From assembly GCF_035084215.1 (NCBI RefSeq), contig NC_090336.1, forward strand, positions 40,734,001-40,798,000: DNA of 64,000 bases. The letters run 5' to 3'. Made by a program: the position numbers and the translations under genes. Every line of letters begins with the position of its first letter. Within the stretch, counting starts at the first letter, position 1. This document shows, one piece after another, positions 21,501 to 32,949 of the stretch. Under the pieces are notes generated by a model. It was given only the letters and a program-made list of their open reading frames with translations. It made no database searches and was not told the DNA's origin. The stretch is from Heptranchias perlo (lineage: Eukaryota).

Positions 21501-23257
21501 TGAGTTCTTTGAGGACATAACGTACTGGGTGGATAAAGGGGAACCAGTGGATGTAGTGTATTTAGACTTTCAGAAGGCATTCGACAAGGTGCCACATAAA
21601 AGATTATTGCTCAAGATAAAGAATCACTGGATTGGGGGTAATGTTCTGGCATGGGTGGAGGATTGGTTATCTAACAGGAAGCAGAGAGTTGGGATAAATG
21701 GTTCATTCTCGGACTGGCAACCAGTAGCCAGTGGTGTTCCGCAGGGGTCGGTGCTGGGTCCCCAACTCTTTACAATCTATATTAACGATTTGGAGGAGGG
21801 GACCGAGTGTAACGTATCAAAGTTTGCAGATGATACACAGATGGGAGGGAAAGTGGAGAGTGAGGAGGACATAAAAAACCTACAGGGGGATTTAGACAGG
21901 CTTGGTGAGTGGGCGGAGATTTGGCAGATGCAATACAATATTGGAAAATGTGAGGTTATGCACTTTGGCAGGAAAAATCAGAGAGCAAGTTATTATCTTA
22001 ATGGTGAGAAACTGGAAAGTACTGCAGTACAAAGGGATCTGGGGGTCCTAGTGCAAGAAAATCAAAAAGTTAGTATGCAGGTGCAGCAGGTGATCAAGAA
22101 GGCCAACGGAATGTTGGCTTTTATTGCTAGGGGGATAGAATATAAAAACAGGGAGGTATTGCTGCAGTTATATGAGGTATTGGTGAGACCGCACCTGGAA
22201 TACTGCATACAGTTTTGGTGTCCATACTTAAGAAAAGACATACTTGCTCTTGAGGCAGTACAAAGAAGGTTCACTCGGTTAATCCCGGGGATGAGGGGGT
22301 GAACATATGAGGAGAGGTTGAGTAGATTGGGACTCTACTCATTGGAGTTCAGAAGAATGAGAGGCGATCTTATTGAAACATATAAGATTGTGAAGGGGCT
22401 TGATCGGGTGGATGCGGTAAGGATGTTCCCAAGGATGGGTGAAACTAGAACCAGGGGGCATAATCTTAGAATAAGGGGCTGCTCTTTCAAAACTGAGATG
22501 AGGAGAAACTTCTTCACTCAGAGGGTAGTAGGTCTGTGGAATTTGCTGCCCCAGGAAGCTGTGGAAGCTACATCATTAAATAAATTTAAAACAGAAATAG
22601 ACAGTTTCCTAGAAGTAAAGGGAATTCAGGGTTACAGGGAGCGGGCAGAAAATTGGACATGAATTTAGATTTGAGGTTAGGATCAGATCAGCCATGATCT
22701 TATTGAATGGCGGAGCAGGCTCGAGGGGCCGATTGGCCTACTCCTGCTCCTATTTCTTATGTTCTTATGTTCTAACTATACAGGGTGCTGGTGAGACCAC
22801 ACCTGGAGTACTGCATACAGTGCTGGTGCCCTTATTTAAGGAAGGACATACTTGCATTGGAGGCAGTTTAGAGAAGGTTCATTAGGTTGATTCCGGGTAT
22901 GGAAGGGTTGACTTATGAGGAAAGATTGAACAGGTTGGGTCTATACTCATTGGAGTTTAGAAGAATGAGAGGAGATCTTATTGAAACATACAATATTCTG
23001 AGGGATTCGATAGGGTAGATGCTGAGAGGATGTTACCCCTCATGGGGAATCTAAAACTAGGGGTATAATCTCAGAATAAAGGGTCACCCATTTAAGACAG
23101 AAATGAGGAGGAATTTCTTCTCCCAGAGGGTCGTGAATCTTTGGAATTCTTTACCCCAAAAAGCTGTGAAGGCTGAGTCATTGAATACATTCAAGGCTGA
23201 GTTAGACAAATTTTTGATCAGCAAGGGAGTCAAAGGATATGCGGGAAAGTGGAGTTG
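18552..23257 (+). pseudogene. CR1 ORF2p (APE endonuclease + RT), disrupted and interrupted by an insert at 20759-22773
   Basis: YLNAHSIRNK, TETWL, YRPP, GDFN, SDH, YLDFQKAFDKVPH, GVPQRSVLGP. Catalytic motif reads FAVD; internal deletion near 18676; stops near 19015, 19180 and 19219. End approximate. Confidence 0.9.
20759..22773 (+). mobile_element. Nested 5'-truncated CR1 of a different subfamily
   Basis: RT ORF 20839-22302 has an intact FADD, one stop, then continues to 22662; tail (TTCTTATG)n. The outer element rejoins as GTCATGCTACAA|CTATACAGG (VMLQ|LYR). Confidence 0.95.
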
Positions 23258-23352
23258 AGGTAAAAATCAGATCAGCCATGATCTCAATAAATGGCGGAGC
23301 AAGCTCGAGGGGCCTCCTCCTGCTCCTATCTCTTGTGCTCATATGGTCTTAT

Positions 23353-23592
23353 TAAAGGTGAGGTGCATTGTAGCTGCAAGAAGTGGTGGGAGTCCTTTGT
23401 GAACTGAATTTGTGCTGTAATATACTGAAGAATGGCTGAACATGCGAGACAGCATGCACCAAGGTTTTCTGATAATGCACTGGAGGCGTCAGTGCAAGAG
23501 GTAGAGAGAAAGAGGGACATCTGTATTCACGGGGGGTGGGGGGGCAGAAGGCCCACGAGACATATGCTGAGGAGGCAGTGGGAGGAAGCAGA
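23353..23592 (+). pseudogene. Harbinger arm with the start of the Myb/SANT-like gene
   Basis: ATG at 23432 gives MAEHARQHAPRFSDNALEASVQEVERKRDI, homologous to 10539-10724. Confidence 0.78.
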
Positions 23593-23925
23593 GGGGCTTT
23601 GATAGGGTAAATCAAGAGAAACTGTTTCCACTGGCAGGTGTGTCGGTAACCAAAGGGCACAGATTTAAGATAATTGACAAGAGAACCAGAGGGGAGATTT
23701 ACACAGCGAGTTGTTACGATCTGGAATGCACTGCCTGAAAGGGTGCTGGAAGCAGATTCAATAGTAACTTTCAAAAGGGAATTGGATATACATTTGAAAA
23801 GGAAAATATTGCAGGGCTATGGGGAAAGAATGGAGGAGTGGTACTAATTGGCTAGTTCTTTCAAAGAGCCGTCACAGGCATGATGGGCCAAATAACCTCC
23901 TTTTGTGCTGTATGATTCTATGATT
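23593..23925 (+). mobile_element. CR1 3' fragment
   Basis: Encodes FDRVNQEKLFPLAG...WNALPERVLEADSI; tail TATGATTCTATGATT. Confidence 0.88.
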
Positions 23926-24410
23926 TTATTTTCCTAAATGTGACTATAAAATGCAGAAGGTGGGAGCACGTATACAGATGTGTTTTTTATTTTTATTATT
24001 TACTTTCCAATCTAAGATAAGTGACTATTGTATACCTTTTTAACATAAGTTTGACTTTTTTGCTGATATTACTACAAATCATTTTGGAGGTGGAAGCAAA
24101 TTAGTAAAAATTGCCTCATTGGTTGGCAACGTACTCCAAAGGTTGCTCTTTTCAGACAATTACTACCCAGAACTTTGAAGATTTGATGTGGCATATGATA
24201 GACACAGCAACCTCAATCACTGATGTGTTTTCAAGCATAAAATGGAGTTTTGCTGCCACAGGACAAGTTATTTTGATCACAGTTGTGATGGCTCTATCAA
24301 TCATAGACAAGATAACTCATCTGCAGTGCAGGAAGTGCTTTTTAAAAAAAAAAATCCATTTCGGGAATTAAACCTGCATAAAGAATGATCAGCTTTATCT
24401 TTGTATTGGT

Positions 24411-24658
24411 TGGGAATTTCCTGCAACGCTGATATTGGCGACGAATGGCATAAGTTAGACCCTTAAACGCCCCAATCCTCCAGTGGTGAATTTACACCAA
24501 GATTTACTGGAGTACAGTGATGATCAGAAGCGGCACAGCCAATGGCCAATTCTGGGACAGCGGCAGCAAAACGGAGACGGCCTCTCACCTCTCTGTTGTC
24601 ACCTCGGTAAAAGGCAACTTATCAATATGCCAATCTCCTCCCTATGGAAATTCCTACA
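24411..24658. mobile_element. Probable MITE
   Basis: Inverted termini GGGAATTTCC ... GGAAATTCCT; CpG-containing body. Confidence 0.4.
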
Positions 24659-25716
24659 GAGCATCGCTTAGGTTGTTTTAAATTTGACTCACAAGGGGCA
24701 TGGACGTAAGCCATCAGAAGAATCTTGTATTGTGCACAATAATGGTTTGCTTTCTGCATGTCAATCGCGGGATCTGCAGGGATTAGGATTGTCAAGTTCA
24801 TTCTGGTCATTAAGGAGCTGTAGTCATTTCCATAAAACAGAAAATAGCGTCCTGTATTCTTGCTTGCATTAACCATAAATAAAAACCCCTCTGTACTATC
24901 AAGCACACAAGTTAATCCAAGAAAAGTAGCAAATTTACTCAGTTCTAATAAATGTATGAGATTTTGATTTCCTAGTTGCACATTTATCAAAACTATTAGT
25001 ATAATTGACTTGTGGCACTCTCTTTATAGACCTGGGATTCCAATTGTTTTAGGAAGCAAGTTATAAAAAGCTGAGATCATTCTGTTAATGCCATTTCTGT
25101 TTTATTTCAATCAGCTATATCTGACCTACTTGCCCAACAACCCTACATACTCTTAATTTAGTAATGCAGTTTCTGAGAATTAAATTAGAAAGTCTACCAG
25201 CACCATCCTTTAATGATCTAAGTGGCAGTGATGATCAAAGTGGGATTCCTTCAGCAAATTCTCGATCACCATTTACTTTAAGGGAGACAGAGCTATTATA
25301 ATTAACTGTTCACTGTTTCGGCGAAGGAAATGCGGAGCTGTGCAACAGTCCCAGGAAATTATCTTGTGGGGTAAGTAATAGCATTTACACCATAATTTCT
25401 TTGGACTTTTGCAGCGTAAAATGGGCCCTACGATGTTGTTGAGTCATTACGATAGTGCAAGTCTCCAGGAAATTCTGGGCCATGATTAAATTAGCTCCTT
25501 CTATTTACTGTTGATTATTTAACTTTTAACTGGTTAATACTCATGACATCATCAGGGAACTAGCAAGAACTCAGTGCTATGGAAACACCAGAAACTATAG
25601 GATACTCAAGAGCAACACAAGGAGAAATATACCAGTGAATATATGAATCCTTCTACATCTGGTTGGAGTGAAAATTAATTGGGAGAAAGACCCTGAGTTA
25701 TTTTGTTTGGTATTTA

Positions 25717-25866
25717 GGGGGGTAATTTTAACATTATCCACCCAGCAAGAAACTGACATGTTCAAAGTGTTTTACATTTGCCTGATTTTACAGGGCAGAG
25801 TATAAAATGGGCACCCAATCCGATCCTGTCAGTTTCCTTCCAACCAGGTTAGGGTAAAATGACCCC
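25717..25866. mobile_element. Short MITE (same TIR class as 4605-4772)
   Basis: GGGGGGTAATTTTAAC ... GGTAAAATGACCCC, with inner inverted GAAACTGACA/TGTCAGTTTC. Confidence 0.7.
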
Positions 25867-26126
25867 AATGTGTTCCGTCTACTATCCAAAATATAAACCC
25901 TTATCAATTCCGTTATACTGTGGGGCCCAATAGCTCCTTCTAGTTACTTCTTCCAATGTGTCACCAATACTTTTAGTTTAAGTGCAGCTATTCAAAAATG
26001 AAAACTAATATAAAAGGGTGCAATTATTAATATTTTTTGCAACTGTGCGCTGATTTTTTTTTCTTTAAAGGGGCCCTGATGTGTCATTATCTTAAATGTT
26101 TTGAAAGATTATGTGTTTTTATGCAC

Positions 26127-26151
26127 TGTGTGTGTGTGGGTGTGTGTGTGT
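26127..26151. repeat. (TG)n microsatellite, interrupted
   Basis: TGTGTGTGTGTGGGTGTGTGTGTGT. Confidence 0.85.
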
Positions 26152-27039
26152 ATTATGTAAAACCATTGGGAGAAAATGAAGTGTCTTTTTAGGTGGATCG
26201 CAAAAGAAATTCTTATACTATCATTACCAAGGCAAAAAAATCCTAAACTATGTCAAGGATGTAATGCTGTTCTAGTCCAGCCCTGTAAATGGATTATGCA
26301 TTCATTCAGCTTCTCCATTAGTTGATTAATTATAGAATGACACTATTTGTATGGTGTGAGAAATGTGAATTAAACCCTGAATTAGTCAAATTGAACTGTC
26401 TGAATGACACTTTTAAGAGATTACATGAGAAGAATTGCACATCTACTGAAAAGAACTTGATTTAGATTCACAAAGCATTTGTGCTTATGCTATTGTGTTG
26501 CAAATGTAGTGCTAAAGGAACTGCAGAAACAATTTTTTTGGAAGAGTGTTCATTTTGTGTACAATTCATCCTGGTTTGACTTGTAATAAACTGTTTGCTG
26601 AATATTTATAAGTCCTGATTTTCCAAGGTGCTGGTTGAATAATTGGGCCTCTGATTCATGGTGGATTCAGTTTTCTGATGTGCATGTTGGTGGGCTGAAT
26701 AAGGCTCTGCTATAGGCAAGCATGAGCCTCATTTATATGGTATATTTAGACAACTGAGGTCCCACACTGAATGTCATGAGTTTGGCTGAGGGTCTACAAT
26801 ATACAACTTGCCCATATAAAATTGTTGCATGAATGCTCAATGGGCCTGGCTTGATTTGGACTAGTTCTTATATCAAAGTTGCTGTTATTTCATTGAATGT
26901 TGATGTCCAGATTTTTTTTGGCAGTCAACATTTCTATACTTGTGCATTGAACATCTTGCATACTTTTATTTTCCTATACATGTTTGCTTTTTTTATGGAA
27001 GCCTTCAGTGAGATGAGCAATTCTGGGGCAGCTTGATGT

Positions 27040-29020
27040 TGGACAGTGTGGCCCTGACATGCTGCCAGCCCAAACCAGGGTGCAGGGACCCTGCAACCAC
27101 AGAGGCCACGTTTGACAAAACAGTAGCTGCCACAGTTTGCCTGCCTTCAGACATTTTCTAAATCCTTGGAGGAGTCGAGCTGGAGTGGGAGAGTGCGCGG
27201 CCGGCTTGAAGATGTCATTTTCTGCCACATTCAGGGGCTGAGCCCCTCAGCTGATTGACGGGTGGGCTGCATGAGATGAGTCTATAGGGTGTCTCTCATG
27301 GGTAATGCCTGATGTTACTGCTCTTTCCAAAAAAGATCTGTCAGTCTGCCAAATCTGGTATGATGGACTCCTGTAATTGGGTGTCCAAGGTCTCAGTGGT
27401 ACCAGTCACTCCGTTTGTCAGAGCAAGCTGTTCTGTGCTTCTTCCTTCACTGTTTTGGGGCGACCCTGAAGATGGCATGGTACTCTGCATTTGAATAAAT
27501 TCCTATGGCATGACTGTAGTGATATCAGAGGTGCATTGTTATCATATTTTCTGTCAACTTTTGCAAGTTGCTATTAGTGAACTTAAAGGATGTTGCAAAA
27601 GTCTTTTGCTCCTGTATTAACTCTTATGTGAAGGCTGGTCTAGTAGGATAGCAATTCTGTGTCCATTTGGTTAACATATGGTTTGGGCTGGCAGCATGTC
27701 AAGGCCATTCTACATCCTGTCCTGTCACCTCCACTTGCTCCTACTCACTTATGACTCATGATTCAACCAGTGCCCCTTCCTGAAATTCACCAACTGCATT
27801 GTCTGAGGTACTAGTGTCTGTGCTAATGTTTGAGGCAGGCAGCTTGATATAACATGCTGTAAATTGCCTGGGTCAGTGGCACCACTTCCTCTATCCTCCT
27901 CGTTTTGGGAATAACCTGAAGAAAAGAAAAGGAGTAAGATTTACAATTGATTCTTCAAATAATTTTCAACACATTTAAGGTCATAAGACTTTTAAGTGCA
28001 TCACACAGATGCTTGGTAAATGTAGCTCTGACTTGAATGATTAAGAAAGGAATCAGTGTCTGAAGGGTCATAACAAATGAAGGATTTTACCGTGTTGCAC
28101 CATGTCTCCAAACTTGCTCTTGTAATGCTGTCTACAAACTCACAGCCAAAAAGAGTGAAGCATTCTCTTCAAGCTGCTGCTTTGGCATGACTGGCCAACC
28201 GCCTATCCTGGTTTTCTCCTGATGGTGAGTGGCCTTGACCCGGAAGCAGAACACCTTGATGAAGATTTTAGCAAATACCTGAGCAGCCCAAACAGAACTC
28301 TGGTGTCCTTCCCTGCACTTGGCTTTCTCACATTAACATGCTTGAAGTTTTCTCTGCCAGTGCTCTTGCAGGTGACCTATGAAGTGCTATATGCATGGTA
28401 TTATTGTCCCTTGCTGCTAATGTGCTATTCAACTTCTGACGACTGAGAGAGTATTGCAAAAAGGGATCAATGTTGTGTGCATCTTTTGCAGCTTATCGTC
28501 CTGCAGGTGCAGCAGATGATTATTGGAAGTGTAAACAGTATCATTCTCAGCTACTGTCAATGGTTTTTGGCTAAGAAACTGGCAACGGACTTGTAATATG
28601 TTAGAATAACATTGATCCAGCTCATTGTACAAACATACATTGGTGTATAAAATAGAATTCATTAGTTGCACATTCAAGTACAAGAAAACTCCAAACTAAC
28701 AACAGGATAATATACCGAGGCACTAGATTTCCTGATCAGAACTGGCATCAACCTGGCTGTAACTAGATCACTACATAATTTTTTAAGTTCCGTTTTGCAG
28801 CTAAGCACAATGGCCAATAGTCCCTGCTCACTAAAATGTATACAGTAGCATCGAGCTAATCCCTGTTACTATCAAACACTAAAAGATGCATTGATATCTA
28901 CATGATGATGTTGTGTTGTCATACTGTAGAGCAGCTTTTCCTTGTCTGGGCAACGGAGTAGTTGCCATGGATTTGAAGGACAAATATTCCTTTTGTGAAG
29001 CTTCTCCTTCAGCACCTGCA
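27040..29020. pseudogene. Ancient, rearranged Harbinger Myb-type gene fossil
   Basis: Minus exon 28239-28091 reads VKATHHQEKTRIGGWP...QLEENASLFL, with donor at 28090 and strong acceptor at 27916. The next exon is Ser/Thr/acidic with stops. Plus strand 27130-27325 reads SKSLEESS...MPDVTAL, similar to RRGIEESS...MTDVTAS of 2332-3311. Confidence 0.45.
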
Positions 29021-29605
29021 GGCAAAAAAGCATGTCCATCAATATGTTGGCAATACAAAGGAAAATAAATACTGGTAATTAAAATGACAATTTTGTTAAC
29101 TAGTCCATATTATCAAATGGTGTCAGAATCTCAATCCTAATGAATCAATCAGAAGTTTCATATTGCACACAATTTAATGTCTTTGCATGAACAAGGGTAG
29201 GATCCAGATTTTACATATTTATGTATTCAGACTTGATTGTTTGTTTGTGCTCTGTTTAATTATATTGATAATAGTTGCAAAGTACATTCAGTATTTGTAG
29301 AGAAAATGGAGAAACTTCCTTGGGCTGCCTGTGCTCAATGCTTAGTGCCAGCTGTACGCAGACAACCACTTTGTAGATGACCTGGGGGTTCAGAAACACC
29401 TTAATGTTTTCTCTCGAGGAGTAATTCCTCTTTGGGGACTGAAATGAGTCCTCAGCCAATGGTTTACTACACATGCTTTGTCATTCAACAGTACCAAAGA
29501 CCTTTACTTAGAAACTTAATTTGGTTTATTTTTCTTACTGCTGCCTGATATTTGGGGGGTGGGGTGCTAGGGTTCTTTAGCCTATAAATTACTGTTAGCG
29601 ATAGC

Positions 29606-29752
29606 AACAGACACATGTTTAACTCATTTGCATGACATTCTGCTCCACTATTTTAATGGAAGTGTTAATCCATCCATTTTAAATGGTGTAACGTCCCTGT
29701 TAAAATAATGGACAGAGAAATTTCATACTAGTGAGTTAAACATTTGTCTGTT
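29606..29752. repeat. Long imperfect palindrome (fold-back element)
   Basis: AACAGACACATGTTTAACTCA pairs with TGAGTTAAACATTTGTCTGTT; pairing continues imperfectly to the centre CCATTTTAAATGG. Confidence 0.85.
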
Positions 29753-30079
29753 AATATCAGCAACTGGGCTTACATTTCAATATGTTATTTTTCCTTGTAG
29801 AGCGCAAGATGACATCAACTGACAGAAAATCGTTTGCAGAAAAAAGTCAACTTTTATGAACTCTTCAAATTAAAAACACCTTCCTAAGGTGTTTCATGTT
29901 CCTTATATATTTCAATCAGCATTGATAGGTTACTTAACATCATATAATGATAAAGGGCTGATAATGACTTTGTCCAAGTATTTAATGGCAATTAATCCTA
30001 ATTTTTGTCTTCAAATACGTCCATGGCTTTATTTCTACCCTACGTCTGCAATTTTCTCCAGCCCTCCATTCCAGCATGT

Positions 30080-30348
30080 ACCATCTGCTCTTCTGATTCT
30101 GAACTACTGAGCTTCCCAACACTCTCTCTGCTTCTTCAGCGCTATGTACCTGCACTCAGGATCTCTCCCTAAACTTCTTCGCATTGCTACCTCCCTCCTC
30201 TTTTTCAAAAGCCTCTGCACACTCTTTGACTGTGCTTTTGCTACTTCCCCTTAACAAATCTATTGCCTCCTGCTGTGTCCACTGCTTCCTCTGCAAAGAG
30301 ACTTTGTTTTTACATGAAGGCATTGTTTAAGCGTAAAAGATTGTTGAT
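30080..30348 (+). mobile_element. Degenerate L2-type 3' end
   Basis: CTTCAGC...CTCCCTAAACTTCTTCGC...TTCAAAAGCCTC...CTCTTTGAC resembles 31490-31725. Confidence 0.5.
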
Positions 30349-30469
30349 GTAGATAAATGGATAACACCCACTTGAAATGTTCTTTTATTGTACAGACAAA
30401 ATGGTATAAATAAATTTGGATTGGAAACTAGATATTGTAGAAATGTTGTCAAATAATAGAAAATTGTGT

Positions 30470-31960
30470 TGGGGTTTCCACTGATGGTTCTGTGGGTAAA
30501 TGCACTATTTTGTGTAATACAGATCAGGAAGATCTCAAAGTTTGGTCACACTTTGGTCTGTCCCCCTACTCCTCTGGCACCTTCTCTTCCTTTGAGCATC
30601 TCACCTTGTTCCACCCCTCTCACCTCTCCTTTAAAATCCTCACTCTCTGTCGCCCACCCAAGTACTACGGCAAGTTTCTTACCGAGATATCTTCACTGCT
30701 TTCCTCCCTCAGCCTCTGCACTGAACGGCTTCTCATCCTCGGTGACTTCAACCTCCATCTCAACACATCATGCCCTCTCTCCTCTGAGTTCACTGCCCTC
30801 CTATCCTCCCTTAATCTTTCCCTCCATATAAACTCCCCACACTCACGGCCACCCCCTTGACCTTGCCATCTCACGTGACCTCTCTACTCCCATCGTATCA
30901 ATCACGGATAAGGCTATCTCTGATCACTTCCTTATATCCCTCTCCACCTACATCCCCCTTCCCCCTCCCAACCCCACTTCCTTCCATGTCTGCCCCTGGA
31001 AAAAACTCTCCCCCAGGTCACTTAAAACGGCACTTTCAAATTCCAAGCTGTCTAGCCTTTGGTCCTCCATTCACCATGACATTTCTACAACTGCTCAATC
31101 ACACCCTCACCTCCACCTTTGATGCCCTTGTCCCCTTTAAAACCATTACTCTCTCTCACTCTGGTCATTCCCCCCTGCTATGGCCCTCATCTGAGCTCCC
31201 TTAAGTCCAAGGGACACAGACTTGAACGTTTATGGTGGACAACTGGATTAGCCATTCATCGCCAGATCTGGCTGGACCACATAAAGTACCATCACGTCCT
31301 GCTCTCCTCTGCCAAAACTGCTCACTATTCCAGGATCATCCTGGAATGCACAGATAACACCTGGCTTCTCTTCTCCACTAAAAAAAGTCTTCTTAAACCC
31401 CTCTCCCCCACCCCCTCCACCCTCACCTCCAATGAAAAGTGCGAGGAGCTCATGGACTTCATTGTCACTAGGATTGAGACCATCCATTCAGCTGGCTAGG
31501 CCCTAAGCTCTGGAATTCCCTCCCTAAACCTCTCTGCCTCCCTACCTCTCCTCCTTCAAGACGCTGCTTAAAACCTATCTCTTTGATCAAGCTTTTGGTC
31601 ACCTGTCCTAATGCCTCCTTATGTGGCTCGGTGTGAAATTTTGTTTGATAATCGCACCTGTGAAGCACTTTGGAATGTTCTACTACATTAAAGGTGCTAT
31701 ATAAATGCAAGTTGTTATTGTTGTTGGTTGATTTCTAGTCTGTGCTGAGCTGGTTGATTGTGGCTGGGGCGACAGTGAGGGTGTTACAATTGACCCCAGT
31801 GGAAAAAAGTAAGCCTGATCACTATCTAGTGCCACCTGCTAGAAAGTATACAGAGGTTCATGATAGGATTGGGGTCGGCTGTAATACCCCCCAATTATCA
31901 AATAACTTATTTGGACACGCAAATAAAGAATGGCCAATTGGGTGAGGTATTGGAAGGCTG
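30470..31960 (+). mobile_element. tRNA-derived SINE split by the L2 insertion (parts ~30470-30543 and ~31728-31960)
   Basis: Head TGGTTCTGTGGGTAAATGCACT...CAGATCAGGAAGATCTCAAAGTTTG continues after the L2 tail as TTGATTTCTAGTCTGTGCTGAGCTGG; family recognised from memory only. Confidence 0.45.
30545..31727 (+). mobile_element. L2-clade LINE, 5'-truncated and internally deleted (no RT)
   Basis: Endonuclease motifs SSFEHL, CRPPK, LILGDFNLH, SDH and linker; jumps to the 3'UTR at ~31490; tail AAAGGTGCTATATAAATGCAAGTTG(TTG)n. Confidence 0.85.
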
Positions 31961-32949
31961 CCAGTCCCTGTAAACTTTACCTCAGCCTGTGTCACTGTCG
32001 TCAGCAGAGGAGCGGAAGAAAATTGAAAAAAAATTACAAGTTGTTTGGAGTTTCCAATAACAGATTGGGTATCGTTTTGTTCATCATGCCTCACTTTTAA
32101 TAAATGTACGAATTGCAAAATGTAAAGTAAACCAACAATACTAATGTCGACACTCAAACCGGAAATAAATTATCTTCTGCCATGTGATGGTGATGTAATC
32201 AAATTAATGGCGCAAGACCAAGCAAAAATGTGCCCAATCTATGTATTATATAAAGGATGAAAATAATTTCAGAAGCTGTTTTTCATCATCATTGGCCCAA
32301 ACCCTATCTTAAAATCCATATTTGTAATTGCTGGTGGCAGACTTTATGTTTCTTTAACTAACTTTGCCTAACTGAACAAAATGAGGTTGCAGTTAAACCC
32401 AAGGCAATTTAACATTTAACATTGCAAACTCATAAACATTTCAAAGAGGCAATTTCTTCAATTAGGATAAATAAGCTGAATTAAATCAAATTTACGCTAC
32501 ACTTAAAGGACATTTTTTTTTACCAAGGGCCCATTGTAGCTCCTGGCATCAAATGTACTAAGGATCTATTCTGTTCAATAACTGTCTATTTAAAGCTGTG
32601 GTGCCTGATGACTGCCTTGCATATTTTTTAGTATGACATTAAACCATCCTATTTACCAAATACTGAATTTGAAAAAAAGAACACATTTTTTTCACTAGCT
32701 TAGTGAAAACTGTACTGATTCAATTTGTGTTAAATACTCCACATAGCTGGAACTTGGCCATTTTGAGTTGGATAATATAGGCGGTAGCATCTTACTCAAT
32801 GTAGTGTAGCAGTAATCTAAATGACCTACTTTAATTCTATGTACATGTTGGAGTGTAGAATTTCCATTCAAGGGGCTATAGGCAAAACTGAAGCCTGGCC
32901 ATTAGCTTTGCACCATGGTCCCTAATCCCATTGCCTCCCTCACTGCTTA

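Larger units (their letters stand above)
16353..23352 (+). mobile_element. Near full-length CR1 LINE (5'UTR, ORF1, ORF2, 3' tail) containing a nested CR1
   Basis: ORF1 17430-18373; ORF2 from ~18550 with APE and RT motifs; ORF2 resumes at 22774 after the insert; 3'UTR and tail to ~23352. Confidence 0.93.
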
